A stretch of 64,000 nucleotides of DNA from Antedon mediterranea. Its lineage: Eukaryota > Animalia > Echinodermata. The position numbers and the translations under genes are program-made. This document shows positions 35,683-48,357 of the stretch, in pieces; position 1 is the first letter of the stretch; every line of letters starts with the position of its first letter. The stretch lies in contig NC_092673.1 of the NCBI RefSeq assembly GCF_964355755.1, forward strand, positions 2,852,001-2,916,000. The letters run 5' to 3'. The notes under the pieces are model-generated. The model ran no database searches and had not been told where the DNA came from. It saw only the letters and a list, made by a program, of their open reading frames with translations.

Positions 35683-38567
35683 ATGTTGTTTTCAAACGCC
35701 AGAAGTGCGTACGTTCTTGGACATTTCAGGTCCTTTATTTCCGCTTCTCTTAGCCGGAAGTACAATCGGTGTTGTTCCTGGCATCGTCCCCATTTCTTTT
35801 CAAGAACATTTTGTAAAATACCAATGGCAGAATCTGCAAAAAAAGCCGCTGCAATTGCTGCTGTCAACAACCATGTTAAGGTACCTACCTACTCTAGATA
35901 GATAAGATAGTGGAATAGGATACTACAGCAATATATCCAGGGCAGGGAATGGTATGCTATTATGCTGCGATCGGTGTATAGGGTCCTTCCATGAACATTG
36001 CTCACCGCTATGCTTTCCTACCAGTAGCTGCACCCTTTCTTTTCCAAGTATGAGATGATCACCATATTAATCGTTTAAAATTCTTTTTATTTTGCAGGAC
36101 AAACAGATTGTTGGTATAGGAAGTGGATCAACAATTGTTTATGCTGTTGAACGGCTTGGTAACAATTCATAAATATTATTTTTAATGCTATATAATAATA
36201 ATAATATTATTAAAATTGAATTAATATCTCTTTTTTCTAAGTAAAATATTTAATTGGAAATATAGCAAAATGAATTGCATACTATGAGTATGAGAAACTT
36301 TTTGTTATATGTTTTCTCCATAAATTAACTTCTCTATACAACTTTAATAAAATTAATATTTCTTTTATTAATAGTTAGAATTTAGGTTTATTGCTCATTT
36401 ATAATTATCTATGTTCTATGAATTTATTTACAGCTGAACGTGTCAAGAAAGAAAATCTAACACTACAGTGTGTGCCAACCTCGTTTCAAGCCCGTCAGCT
36501 GATTATAAATAACAACTTAAACTTGAGTGATTTAGAAAAGACTCCATGTGTAAGAAAAGTGTCTTTTTTACAACCATCAGTTGGATTCAATTGTACATTT
36601 TGTTAAATTTGTTTAGTACTTTGTACACCATGTGACTCATGGACATCCAATCAAATGACAGGAATTTATTTAAGTGTTGAATGTATATAATATAATTAAC
36701 ATTATTAACAAATAAGAAGCTTGCTCGTAGAGTACTTACTATAAGTAATAGTAACCTACCCTCATATTAATAATGGAACAATCCAAATAACGAACCAACC
36801 AATCATTTGATGATCTGTGTTTTCTTAGTTTTCTAGTTGGAGAATGGAGCTATAAATTGCAATCATCATGTATTTGATAAATATTCGTTTTGAACTAAAA
36901 TAGAAAATTTTTAAATAAATTTTTTTAACTGTTTACAAAATATGCTTTTGTGTGTTTTCAGTTGGATGTTGCAATTGATGGAGCAGATGAGGTGGACACT
37001 GACTTAAATTTAATTAAAGGTGGTGGGTAAGTATTACATTTAGGACTACTGTACACCTGCCCCCCCCCCCCTCTCCCCTTTGAAAGCAACAACAAAAAAG
37101 GTAGTGTGTAGGTATTACATTTAGAAAAAGTTGATGTGTGTTGGTCACATTTTAGTTTGAACTATAAAAAGTTCATTGGTATAAGGTTTAAAGTTTCAGT
37201 AATTCATCATTTATAATAACAAAATATCTATGTGCATTTTCAGTGGATGTCTAACACAAGAGAAGATCATAGCATACAATGCTGAGACATTCATTGTCAT
37301 AGCTGATTACAGGTTTGTCCTACACTATTTCACTAAAGCTCTGTCTACACTTATCACACTAGTTTGACAAAAAAAAGTAGGATGTTTCCATGGTAGTGAT
37401 ATGGCTAAATATGGTAGTGATATGACACACCATCATGTCCATATATGGGCACTTCACATTTTCTTGTCACATAAAGTTTGTAGTATAGGCTTTATTCCCA
37501 GTTTCCTAGACTTTCTGCATTCTCACTCCTGAGGACAATCAAAGTATATTTATCGAACTATATATACATGTTGTACCGCAAACTTTATATCAACACAGGT
37601 CCGTTGTTATTGCCGTTTCTTTTTATTGCCCTATGACCCAACTAGATATTAAAAAACGGTAATAGCGTAACTTCTGTTGTATTTTATTCTGCCAATATTT
37701 AGGAAAGATTCAAAACAGTTTGGTGAAAAGTGGAAGAAAGGTGTTCCCATAGAAGTGATTGCTATGGCCTACAAACCTGTGATGAAGAAGATAGAGAGCC
37801 TCCTAGGTGGACAGGCAGTACTACGAATGGCACAAGCTAAAGCTGTGAGTATACAGTTGACATATGAAGCAGCGTAATATTCAGAAGAAATGCTTATAAT
37901 TGTACATATTTATACAAGAACATTTTAACATTTTAAATTTTAATTGGGCCTATAGTACGATCGAATTGATTATTGTCATTGTAGGAAAACATTGAAAGGA
38001 AAAATTAAAAAATTCAGATAAACTAGTTTTTAAAAATTGTGTTAAAAAGTTTTTGTAAAGCTCTGTCTACACTATCAAACTTTATGTGACGAAAAATGTG
38101 ATGTGCCCATATATGGACATGATGATGTCATATTACTACCATAGTTGGGCACATCACATTCTTTTTATCAAAATAGATAGTGGAGACAGAGCTAATGATA
38201 ATTTATTTATCTTGTTTAGGGTCCTGTTGTTACGGACAATGGTAACCTGATTGTGGATTGGAAATTTGATAAAGTTTCTGGAAATTGGCAAGATATTAAC
38301 CAGACTCTTATGATGATTCCAGGTAGGAAATGTTTCAAATCATCATTTATTTTCAGTAACTTAGGCTCTGTCTACACTATCAAACTAGTTTGACGTGCCC
38401 AAATATGGTAGTGATATGCCCAAATATGGTAGTGATATGTCTATATATATATGTAATGCAATATTTATACATTTTAAACAGGGGTTGTTGATACAGGGTT
38501 ATTTGTGAAGATGGCAAAGAAGGTATACTTTGGAATGGAGGATGGGTCAGTCTCTGAGCGAGGTTGA
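35683..38567 (+). CDS. RPIA: Ribose-5-phosphate isomerase A; exons about 35683/35824-35880, 36098-36158, 36434-36549, 36962-37026, 37244-37312, 37703-37844, 38220-38322, 38482-38567
   Basis: [50 protein letters not shown] and [10 protein letters not shown]. Confidence 0.96.
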
Positions 38568-39275
38568 ATTATTGTGTCTTGTAGTACTCACTAATGCAGA
38601 CAACATTGTAAAAGGTTGAATTTAAATGCTCAACGTAATACCATTTGCTGTTATGTATTCTTTTCTATTATGAATAGTTGGTAAGCAGGGTAAAGATTTA
38701 TCTGGATATGATCGACCCTGGGACTATAAATATAGATTTCTTAATTGACTTAAAATGATGTACTATGTTTTTCTACTGTTTTAATAGCAGTTGGTATGTT
38801 TTTCCATTACTGAAACCTTGAGTCATTGTCTGTGTATGCTAATATATAAGCTCTGTCTACACTACCAAATATGGCAGTGATATGACATCATGTCCATATA
38901 TTGGCATATCACATTTTGTTGTCACATACAGTTTGATACTGTGTAGGCAGAAGTTTACTGTTTGTATCTGGCTTAACATTAATAATAATGCTCCAAAAAT
39001 GTTGTTTACTATATTATTTTCAATAAAATACAATTGTATGTAATATTAAGCATGCCTTAAAAAGGACCAGTAACGTTTCTTTTTTTAAATAAAATTGACC
39101 GTACTAACTTTGAATAGAAAAATGTGATTTATTATAGTATATAAGTAATTCGAGAAATTAAAATACTAAAAATATGACTTCATTAATAATTTTTTGTATG
39201 TACTATACATAAAAATTATCAAAAGCACATTAATGTCTATATTATGTAATAGTATATTATTTATATACATATTTT

Positions 39276-42200
39276 TTAGCATGCCAGTTTTCCAGCTGAC
39301 CGACTACGCTGACTGAATGAGCTTAATTTTTGTCCCGAAACATTTGTAAGGACGCCCTCGGCCTGTAGAGCTGCTTGCCGTTCTCTTCTCTGCTCAAGCT
39401 CTCGCCACCGACTGTCTTCTTGTATCCTCTGAAAAAATAAGCCAAATTTGAGACTATAGTAAAAATATTACATATTGCATGCTACAACCTATTTATGAGT
39501 AGGTTGCCGTAATCCAAAGCCCTATGGCAAGGGTTTGAGGCTCACCCCTTCCATGGTTCAGGTGGTTAGTCTTCTCGGATAAGGACTATAAACCGTAGGT
39601 CCAGTGTACACAAACTGCTTGTGTGCACTTTAAAGAACATCTTTCGAGATGAGTAGAGAGTTACCCCAGTGTACTAGCTCACTGTCGTGGACAGACGAAT
39701 AAGCGCTAGAATTGGCAGCACTAACATGACCCTAAAGGGAGAAGCATGTAGTTGAAAAGTGTAACACACAGCGCCATGATCGGCGCTATATAAATTGAAC
39801 ATATTATTTATTATTTTCTGGCAGTATTATCAAAGCCAGGCCTAATATTTATAATTGATCCTCTTGTACAACAACTATTAGTCTGCCATATACAGTATAA
39901 TTTCATACCACTGAAGTGATGTATAGTAGTATTATCAAAATATTGTCTAACCTTCTGTTTGTTAAGTGAGCTTGTGACTGCAGCCGACTCCTTCGTTGGC
40001 TTAATCTTGTTTTGCTCTGCGGTCTGCAACCTCTCTAACTTTTTCTGTTCCAATTTGTCCTGTAGAGCTTTTAATTTTGGATCAACAGGCTTTGCCTTTT
40101 CAGGTTTCTTTTGCTTTTCAACTTGTCTAGAAATAAATGTATCAATGAATAATAGTTTGAAGCAGACATCTTGAGTATAACATCTTAGTAGGATAGCTAG
40201 TTACGCATCTGTAATTCATGTGATGATTAGGTGTACTTACTTTTTGGATGCCAATTGGCCCTCAGCAATTCTATGTCGTGATATTTGCTCCAATTTCTCC
40301 ATAAGCATCTGTTCTTTGGCCTCTTTAGCTTCCAAGATAGTGTCCCGTTTATTCTCCTCCTCTTCAAGCTGCTTGGATTTCATTAAGCATAATCTTTCTT
40401 TTAGCTGCAAACAAAAAAAGGACAAAATATTAGCCTGTTCCAAGTAAGTACTGTATGTCTATAAACAGCGTTTCTTGACCATAATCTGAACAATCTCAAT
40501 GTAATGTTTAGAAGTTATTAATCAGAGAACCTTACCTCTGCTATTGACATCTCACTCAACAATGCGTGCCCAGCTGTACTCGTCCAATCAATGAATTTCC
40601 TATTGTTTTTTGGTGCTGCCTCCATCGCACGAATCTCCTGGACTAAGTCGATCTTACGACGCATGTCTTGAGCTGCCTGCAACATTGAAAGAAACAATCT
40701 TTATTTTTTGTTTATCGGATGTAAAACAGTAAAAAACAGGATTGGAAAAACCCATCATTCAAGCATTAAGTTTTGTTTTAAGGATTACATTATTATAAAA
40801 TTAAAATATTCACTGAACTGTGAAAGCTTACCTCTTCAAATGCTTGACGAAGTAATTCTCGACTTTCTTCGCTCACTTCCTCAGCTATTTGGAGTAAAAA
40901 AATGGGAGATTAGTAAATTTATGCAGTTTATTCATATAAACAATGTATTGAACCGAATAATTTTAAGAATGCTTACCAATTTTGCGTTTGTAATTCTGTA
41001 GTTTTTGTTTCGCTTCTTTGGCATTTTGATGACCTGCCAAGACATCTTCAACAAGCTCTCTCAACACCTTCTCTTCATCTAATCGTCTGGCAACGTACTC
41101 TTGCATCATTTCCTCAGCCTCTTCTTTCATCTTTAAAACTTTCTGCCGATTGTCTTGGATCAAGGATTGGCGTGCTAGTATAGCTTCCTCGTGACTCAGT
41201 TTGCCTTCAAGGCGTCTCCTTTCAATCTCGCTCAGCTCTTTTTCTAGATCTTTCTGCCGCATCTCATCTTGCCACGTTTGGAACTCCGAGCCATCTTTAG
41301 CACCTGCTTCAAGTAAGCTTAGCCTAAAAATAAACGAGTGACAATTTTTTTTATATACATGTTAAACTTATAATAAAATATTGTATAAAGGATAAAAAAA
41401 CTACACTAGAACTCATAATTGTGGAAACATTTTCATCTGGTTACTGTCTTGACACACAAGTTATTTTACTGGTTTACAATTTATGAAAGCTATCTATCTA
41501 CACTAGAACTCTTTTTGACAATTATGTTTCAACTCCATGGCCAACCCTTATTCAGGGGACACACCTGTTCAGGGGACACACCTGTTCAGGGGACACACCT
41601 GTTCAGGGAACACACCTGTTCAGGGAACACACCTGTTCAGGGGACACACCTGTTCAGGGGACACACCTGTTCAGGGGACACACCTGTTCAGGGGAAACAC
41701 CTGTTCAGGGGACACACCTGTTCAGGGGACACACCTGTTCTACTCTATCTAATGTTCAATAAACATACTTTTTTATTACATCTTGTTCCCGTTTCTGGTA
41801 CAAGGCACCCTCTCTAAGAATGGTAGCCATATTAAGTTTAATTGGTATATTGTCAGCTGTGTTGGTAGGTAGTGGTCGTGCTCTGCTACCCTCAAACATC
41901 AGTTTACTCTCCTGATCAGCAATAACATTTTTCATCCTAATTTTAGTTTTTTCTGACTTTTCTTTCGACGCACATTTAAATTGAGATTTTGTTGCGCCAA
42001 GGAGTTGTTCTTCAGTGTGCCGTCGGTTCCTCTCTCTGGCTTCTTGGATCAGCTTCTGCTCTGAAGGCAATTTATATGTGGTTTTTGGTACCTATATAAA
42101 AAATTGTTAGATAAGTGTAATCAGCTGTTTTTCTAAAATTATGTACAATGAAGGAGCGCAAATTATCTCTTTATTATGTAGAGTATTTCACCGCTTAAAG

Positions 42201-45200
42201 TTGCAAGAGGTGATGTCTCAGTAAGACTCTCAAGACTGGCACTTAAAGGGGGATTCTGGGTTTAAAATTGGTTTTAAATATCGTTTATTTATTAAATAAA
42301 AAATATTATAACAATATAGACATGTCAGAATGAAGAAGTAATAACGAGAAATTAAAAAAATTAAATTTCATATACATTTTATGGTAAATTCATGGAAAGT
42401 CTGTTTTTCAGCAGCTTAGGGAAGCTCATTAATATTCATGAGATATTCACAAAATCACGTCACCAGTGGATTCCAAACTCGCGACGTCATGTACGTTGTG
42501 TTTGTCAACTAATTTACATCTCTCTCCCCTGTCAAACGACGACCACCCGATCATTGTGAAATACATTTTTTGTAGATTTTCTAAGCTAGGCCTAAAGTGT
42601 AATAATAACAGTAGTAGCATATATTTATTTGACATTTAATGAAATACAAAATTTAGTACAGATACGGAGTCATAAATTATACTATTTTTATACCTCTATA
42701 GTACAGATCGTATTATCGGCTTCACGTACAATACTACTCTAGGCCTAATAATAATATGGGCGAGAGCCATTCTGACTAGGGATTCCATGCCACGATGGCT
42801 ACGTTAAAACAATGGGGCCCATGGGCCTAGCTAGCCTACTACTAGACGATTGGCCCATAAATAACAAAACCCATCCTATCAACCAAACTCCTAAACAATC
42901 TAAACCTAAAACGTTCTACAAAATCGGCTGTAAATATTGAAGCAAAACAAGGTCCGATCGCCGTCCACACGTATGGTGTCCCGATCGTCTAAGTAGGCCT
43001 AAAATAAAATAGGCTTAGTTTACTCTCCAAAAAAGCGGATACTCATGCATCAAGCAAGTAGACCAGGTAGTAGGAAGGAGACCTAGCCGATCCGGCCCAG
43101 TTAAAAATTGAGCTAGCTAGTGTAGTAGACCCTATGCGAATTGATACTACCAGGCCTTTTACTATAGGCTGCACTACACAAATATTCCAACTCTCTCATT
43201 CGAGCTATATTATCTATACCATTCCGGTAGGTCAAGTCGACCTTCAATCAAATACTGTACATCGTTCATGTTGTGATTATAGACGGGGTATACTCGACCC
43301 GACCAGTTTGGTATTGTTGTATCTGCTTATCACGTGACGATGCCAGGCATGGGCAGCAGAGAGAGCACGTGTATCGTCGTCTCGCTCGATCCTCAGCAGG
43401 AGGAATGTACAGTATACGTTACGCTTCATTGATTTTGATTTTTCCCTAAGTCGGTGCGAAAATCGGCAAACGTAAAGTGCAAACATATCTAATTTTTCAC
43501 TGTTTTGATGAATTTTCATAAAAAATTGACTTTATAAATGGGAAGACCGACTAAAATTACATCAGATAAGTATAATTTTACAAAAGTAATTGATATGGTT
43601 TATGATAACGAGTCGTCGGAAGATGGACCATTTCACGAATTTCCTATTTTGTAACCACAGTGTGATTTTGCCGTAGCTGCACTTGTAATCTGGCCTGATT
43701 TCACAGCCTTCGTTCTGCTTCACTGGGCGCTTATATAAATTGAAACTTTTACCGTTCAAGAGACAAACAAATATATTTTACATTTTTTACTATTCATTTT
43801 AAACCCGGAACCCCCCTTTAAAACTGAAAATGCCTACACCTAGCCTCTCTCTCTCTGACACTAGACGCAATTTTAAGGAATGTGGTAAACTTACGTCTTT
43901 TGGCTTTGAGACTGTTGGAATTTTTTCTGGTACTGGTACACTACGTGGTCTTGGCTTTGTTAACTTGAAAGGTGATATTTCTAAACAAAAAAAATTAATT
44001 GTTTTTGAAAATTCTCTTTTATGGACAAATTTAAAATATTTGTTTATAAATAATTGCTACATACCTGTCACAGTTTTAGGAGATTTAGCCTTCAACTTGT
44101 TGTCAATCTTATCTTGTAGTTGAATAATGAGCTCATTCAGTTCAGGCAACCACCTACATTCAAAGAAATACCAGTAATATTATTAGAGATATTCAATAAC
44201 AATGTATTTCTCATTACAGTCAGTACTGTCAGTACAACCCCTCCTTTGAAACACTCCTATTAAGGGGACTGGAACTGGTCCTTGTAACCATCATACTACA
44301 GTAGATCACATATGGTGGCTATTGACTGTATACAATTAGCGAAACACTGCATGCTCAAAACAATATCACTCCTGCATTCCACTTCCTTGAAACAAAACAA
44401 GGAGCAGTAACATTATGACCTCTATTTATGGGACACTTTGTTGGGTCAAGGAGCAGTAACATTATGACCAATGTCTAGAAGGGGTACCTTTAACATACAT
44501 AGTATCATACCGTTGAATAGGCGATATAAGGTTGACCTGTACATAAGTGTGTTCATATATTTTGCACCATTCATCTTTTATCCAAGAGTGCAAGTTTTTT
44601 TCGTTCAGAAAAAAAGATAAAAACTGAAAAGAAAAAAACCATAAAGTAAATATTACATTATTAAAAGAAATTGTTATATTGTAACTAACTGTACTACAGA
44701 AAATTTAAAAAAAAACCATTAGAATAATCGGTTAATTTTCACTTAAAATTAAAAATACATCTTTTGTATATTAAAAACCAATATAGAAGAACAGCATCAA
44801 AATTAAGTTTAAATACTTACTTTGAACATTTTATTTACATCCTGTGTTCTAATGAACTTCCTATAATTAGCCATTCCCAATTCATCAAGACGGTATAAAC
44901 TCAAGTAGCATAACACTGAAAAACAAAACAAACCCCAATATTGATCAGACTGAGTTTCTACATTTCTACACTTAAAGGGGGGTTCCGGGTTTAAAATGAA
45001 TAGTAAAAAATGTAAAATATATTTGTTTGTCTCTTGAACGGTAAAAGTTTCAATTTATATAAGCGCCCAGTGAAGCAGAACGAAGGCTGTGAAATCAGGC
45101 CAGATTACAAGTGCAGCTACGGCAAAATCACACTGTGGTTACAAAATAGAAAATTCGTGAAATGGTCCATCTTCCGACGACTCGTTATCATAAACCATAT

Positions 45201-47182
45201 CAATTAATTTTGTAAAATTATACTTATCTGATGTAATTTTAGTCGGTCTTCCCATTTATAAAGTCAATTTTTTATGAAAATTCATCAAAACAGTGAAAAA
45301 TTAGATATGTTTGCACTTTACGTTTGCCGATTTTCGCACCGACTTAGGGAAAAATCAAAATCAATGAAGCGTAACGTATACTGTACATTCCTGCTGAGGA
45401 TCGAGCGAGACGACGATACACGTGCTCTCTCTGCTGCCCATGCCTGGCATCGTCACGTGATAAGCAGATACAACAATACCAAACTGGTCGGGTCGAGTAT
45501 ACCCCGTCTATAATCACAACATGAACGATGTACAGTATTTGATTGAAGGTCGACTCGACCTACCGGAATGGTATAGATAATATAGCTCGAATGAGAGAGT
45601 TGGAATTTGTGTAGTGCAGCCTATAGTAAAAGGCCTGGTAGTATCAATTCGCATAGGGTCTACTACACTAGCTAGCTCAATTTTTAACTGGGCCGGATCG
45701 GCTAGGTCTCCTTCCTACTACCTGGTCTACTTGCTTGATGCATGGTATCCGCTTTTTTGGAGAGTAAACTAAACCTATATTTTAGGCCTACTTAGACGAT
45801 CGGGACACCATACGTGTGGACGGCGATCGGACCTTGTTTTGCTTCAATATTTACAGCCGATTTTGTAGAATGTTTTAGGTTTAGATTGTTTAGGAGTTTG
45901 GTTGATAGGATGGGTTTTGTTATTTATGGGCCAATCGTCTAGTAGTAGGCTAGCTAGGCCCATGGGCCCCATTGTTTTAACGTAGCCATCGTGGTATGGA
46001 ATCCCTAGTCAGAATGGCTCTCGCCCATATTATTATTAGGCTAGGCCTAGAGTAGTATTGTACGTGAAGCCGATAATACGATCTGTACTATAGAGGTATA
46101 AAAATAGTATAATTTATGACTCCGTATCTGTACTAAATTTTGTATTTCATTAAATGTCAAATAAATATATGCTACTACTGTTATTATTACACTTTAGGCC
46201 TAGCTTAGAAAATCTACAAAAAATGTATTTCACAATGATCACAATTGTGGTCGTCGTTTGACAGGGGAGAGAGATGTAAATTAGTTGACAAACACAACGT
46301 ACATGACGTCGCGAGTTTGGAATCCACTGGTGACGTGATTTTGTGAATATCTCATGAATATTAATGAGCTTCCCTAAGCTGCTAAAAAACAGACTTTCCA
46401 TGAATTTACCCTAAAATGTATATGAAATTTAATTTTTTTAATTTCTCGTTATTACTTCTTCATTCTGAAATGTCTATATTGTTATAATATTTTTTATTTA
46501 ATAAATAAACGATATTTAAAAGCAATTTTAAACCCAGAATCCCCCTTTAAGCTCTGTCTACACTTTCAAATTTTATAAAACAAAATTCGATGTGCCTATA
46601 TATGGACATGATGATGTCATATCACTACCACATTTGGGCATATCACTACCATAGTTGGGCACATCAAACTTTTTTTGTCAACTAGATAGTGTAGACAGAG
46701 CTTTCTAAATAACATGATACTTCGAGCTAGTACAGTAATATCAATTTATCCTTACCTGTGTATAGATTTTTATCTGACTTAAGTGAATTCCATCCATCTG
46801 ACCTGAAGAAGCCTTCAGTTACGACGTTAATTACTTTGGCATGCTGAACAGATCCAGAGAATACTTCCGTAATGAACTGTTTTTCCCCACCATCTAAAAT
46901 CTGAAGGGAAAAACCAACTTGGATTTGTTTAAAATATCTATGTAGAGAGCAGAACAGATATGTGATGTGTTGAAATTACTACTTTAAATAAAATGAATTA
47001 GATCCCAATAAATTGGTGCAGTAAGCATATTATAGTTATTTTTATAGTTTATTATTGTTTAGTAATATACCAACCTTATTCTGTTTAATGAAGGAAGAAA
47101 GATGTTGCTCAACTCCATCAACTTTCTTGTTGAAACCGTTTAAAATGTTGATACAATAATTCAACAACCGTGCATGTTTCAT
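39276..47182 (-). CDS. CFAP99: Cilia- and flagella-associated protein 99 (multi-exon)
   Basis: MKHARLLNYCINIL..., FITEVFSG, LHSWIKDEWCKIYE, PFKLTKPRPR, IKLNMATILREGALYQK and long coiled coils; ends AGKLAC-TAA. Confidence 0.85.
41551..41740. repeat. 17-bp minisatellite, about 11 copies
   Basis: (TTCAGGGGACACACCTG)n in a CFAP99 intron. Confidence 0.95.
42247..43817 (-). mobile_element. 1.57-kb TTAA-flanked non-autonomous DNA transposon (Kolobok-like), copy 1 (strand arbitrary)
   Basis: TTAA-AGGGGGATTCTGGGTTTAAAAT ... ATTTTAAACCCGGAACCCCCCT-TTAA; reverse complement of 44976-46546. Confidence 0.88.
44976..46546 (+). mobile_element. 1.57-kb TTAA-flanked non-autonomous DNA transposon (Kolobok-like), copy 2, inverted relative to copy 1
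   Basis: Same TIRs and TTAA flanks. ORF track shows near-identical peptides at 43277-43519(-) and 45274-45513(+). Confidence 0.88.
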
Positions 47183-47655
47183 GATGTTTTGTTTACTTTG
47201 TTGATGATAAAATATTTCTGGAGACAAAAATATATAAATTTGAATTAGCCATCAAAATAATATTAAGCTTTGGCTTATTTTAACCTACAACAACATGGCC
47301 TTTGTTTTGCCAGGATTGGCCTCAGCCTAGGCCTGCCTTGGTGTCTTAGTAGCACCGCAGTTTATATCTCTCTCTAGGCTAGCCTAGCTAGCTGTTTTCA
47401 TCACATCCCTACTACAAGCTAGGCGAGGCTACTTGTTGTTGGTTGTTGGAGGACCGAGCCGAGGCCTTTTAAAAAGAATCTATTTATTAGTGATATATCT
47501 CATCTTAAACTATTATTTATCTACTATACATCTTCTATTATCTATTTAACTCTCTATTTTGCATTACAATTATGTTTTTAGCGTACAAAATTCTTGTTAA
47601 AAGTGTAAATAAAGACTTCTTTTTCTATTGAATAACAGTTCCCATCGAGTTCAAT

Positions 47656-47670
47656 GTTGACATTGGCAAC
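47656..47670. promoter_or_regulatory. RFX X-box-like motif upstream of CFAP99
   Basis: GTTGACATTGGCAAC, about 470 bp upstream of the ATG of a ciliary gene. Confidence 0.5.
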
Positions 47671-48357
47671 GATTGCCAGATACAGCGCCCTCAACGGCAT
47701 ATTGTGAAATTAACCTGGTTCCCGTTTTTTTACACGCATGATTGAATTGTGCACATGCATTTATCTCCCCATCTCATTCCCCGTCGTTTTTGTATTGTGG
47801 TATGGTGTGTGGGGCCTAGCCTAGCTACTGTTAAGTAAGGAAAACCATGATATGTATAGTGCAATTTTAACTTGAATGATTCCGTCATGTATTATATATT
47901 GTATTTGTTATTAAAATGTTAAAATATAAGTAATAATTTTAGGCTAAGCCTATTAGGCTTTAAAAGCTCCTAAAAACAGGGGCCCCATATTAGCTAGGCC
48001 TAGAGGCCTAGTAGTAGGCGTAACTAACTTGGCCTGCTCTGGTGGTACGTAGAGGTAGAGTAGTAGTAGTAGTAGTATAGTAGTGTAGCCTACTAGATAG
48101 AGTATAGAATCTACTGGAACGGCAAGGCCTAGTAGTATGGCGTGGCTTAGACAGACTAAAAAAGTAAAGTGCCTTTCATGCCTGCTGTTCTGGCAAGGTT
48201 CCAGGCCGGGCCGCGTCAATTCAAAACGAACATCAATTTATTTTTCACACGGCTTCTTCTTTTTCAAATTATTACATCATAGAGCTTCAATAACATAACA
48301 AATTGCCTTTTCAGACTCGTTCATCGGCATTGGTTTGATACGACTTCTCAGAATCAG

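Noticed and set aside
41419-41817. ORFs 41419-41817 and 41537-41752
   Set aside because: Translations of the 17-bp minisatellite, antisense to CFAP99.
43277-43519. Duplicated 80-aa ORF (also 45274-45513) as a transposase or small gene
   Set aside because: No recognisable domain; its duplication just reflects the two transposon copies.
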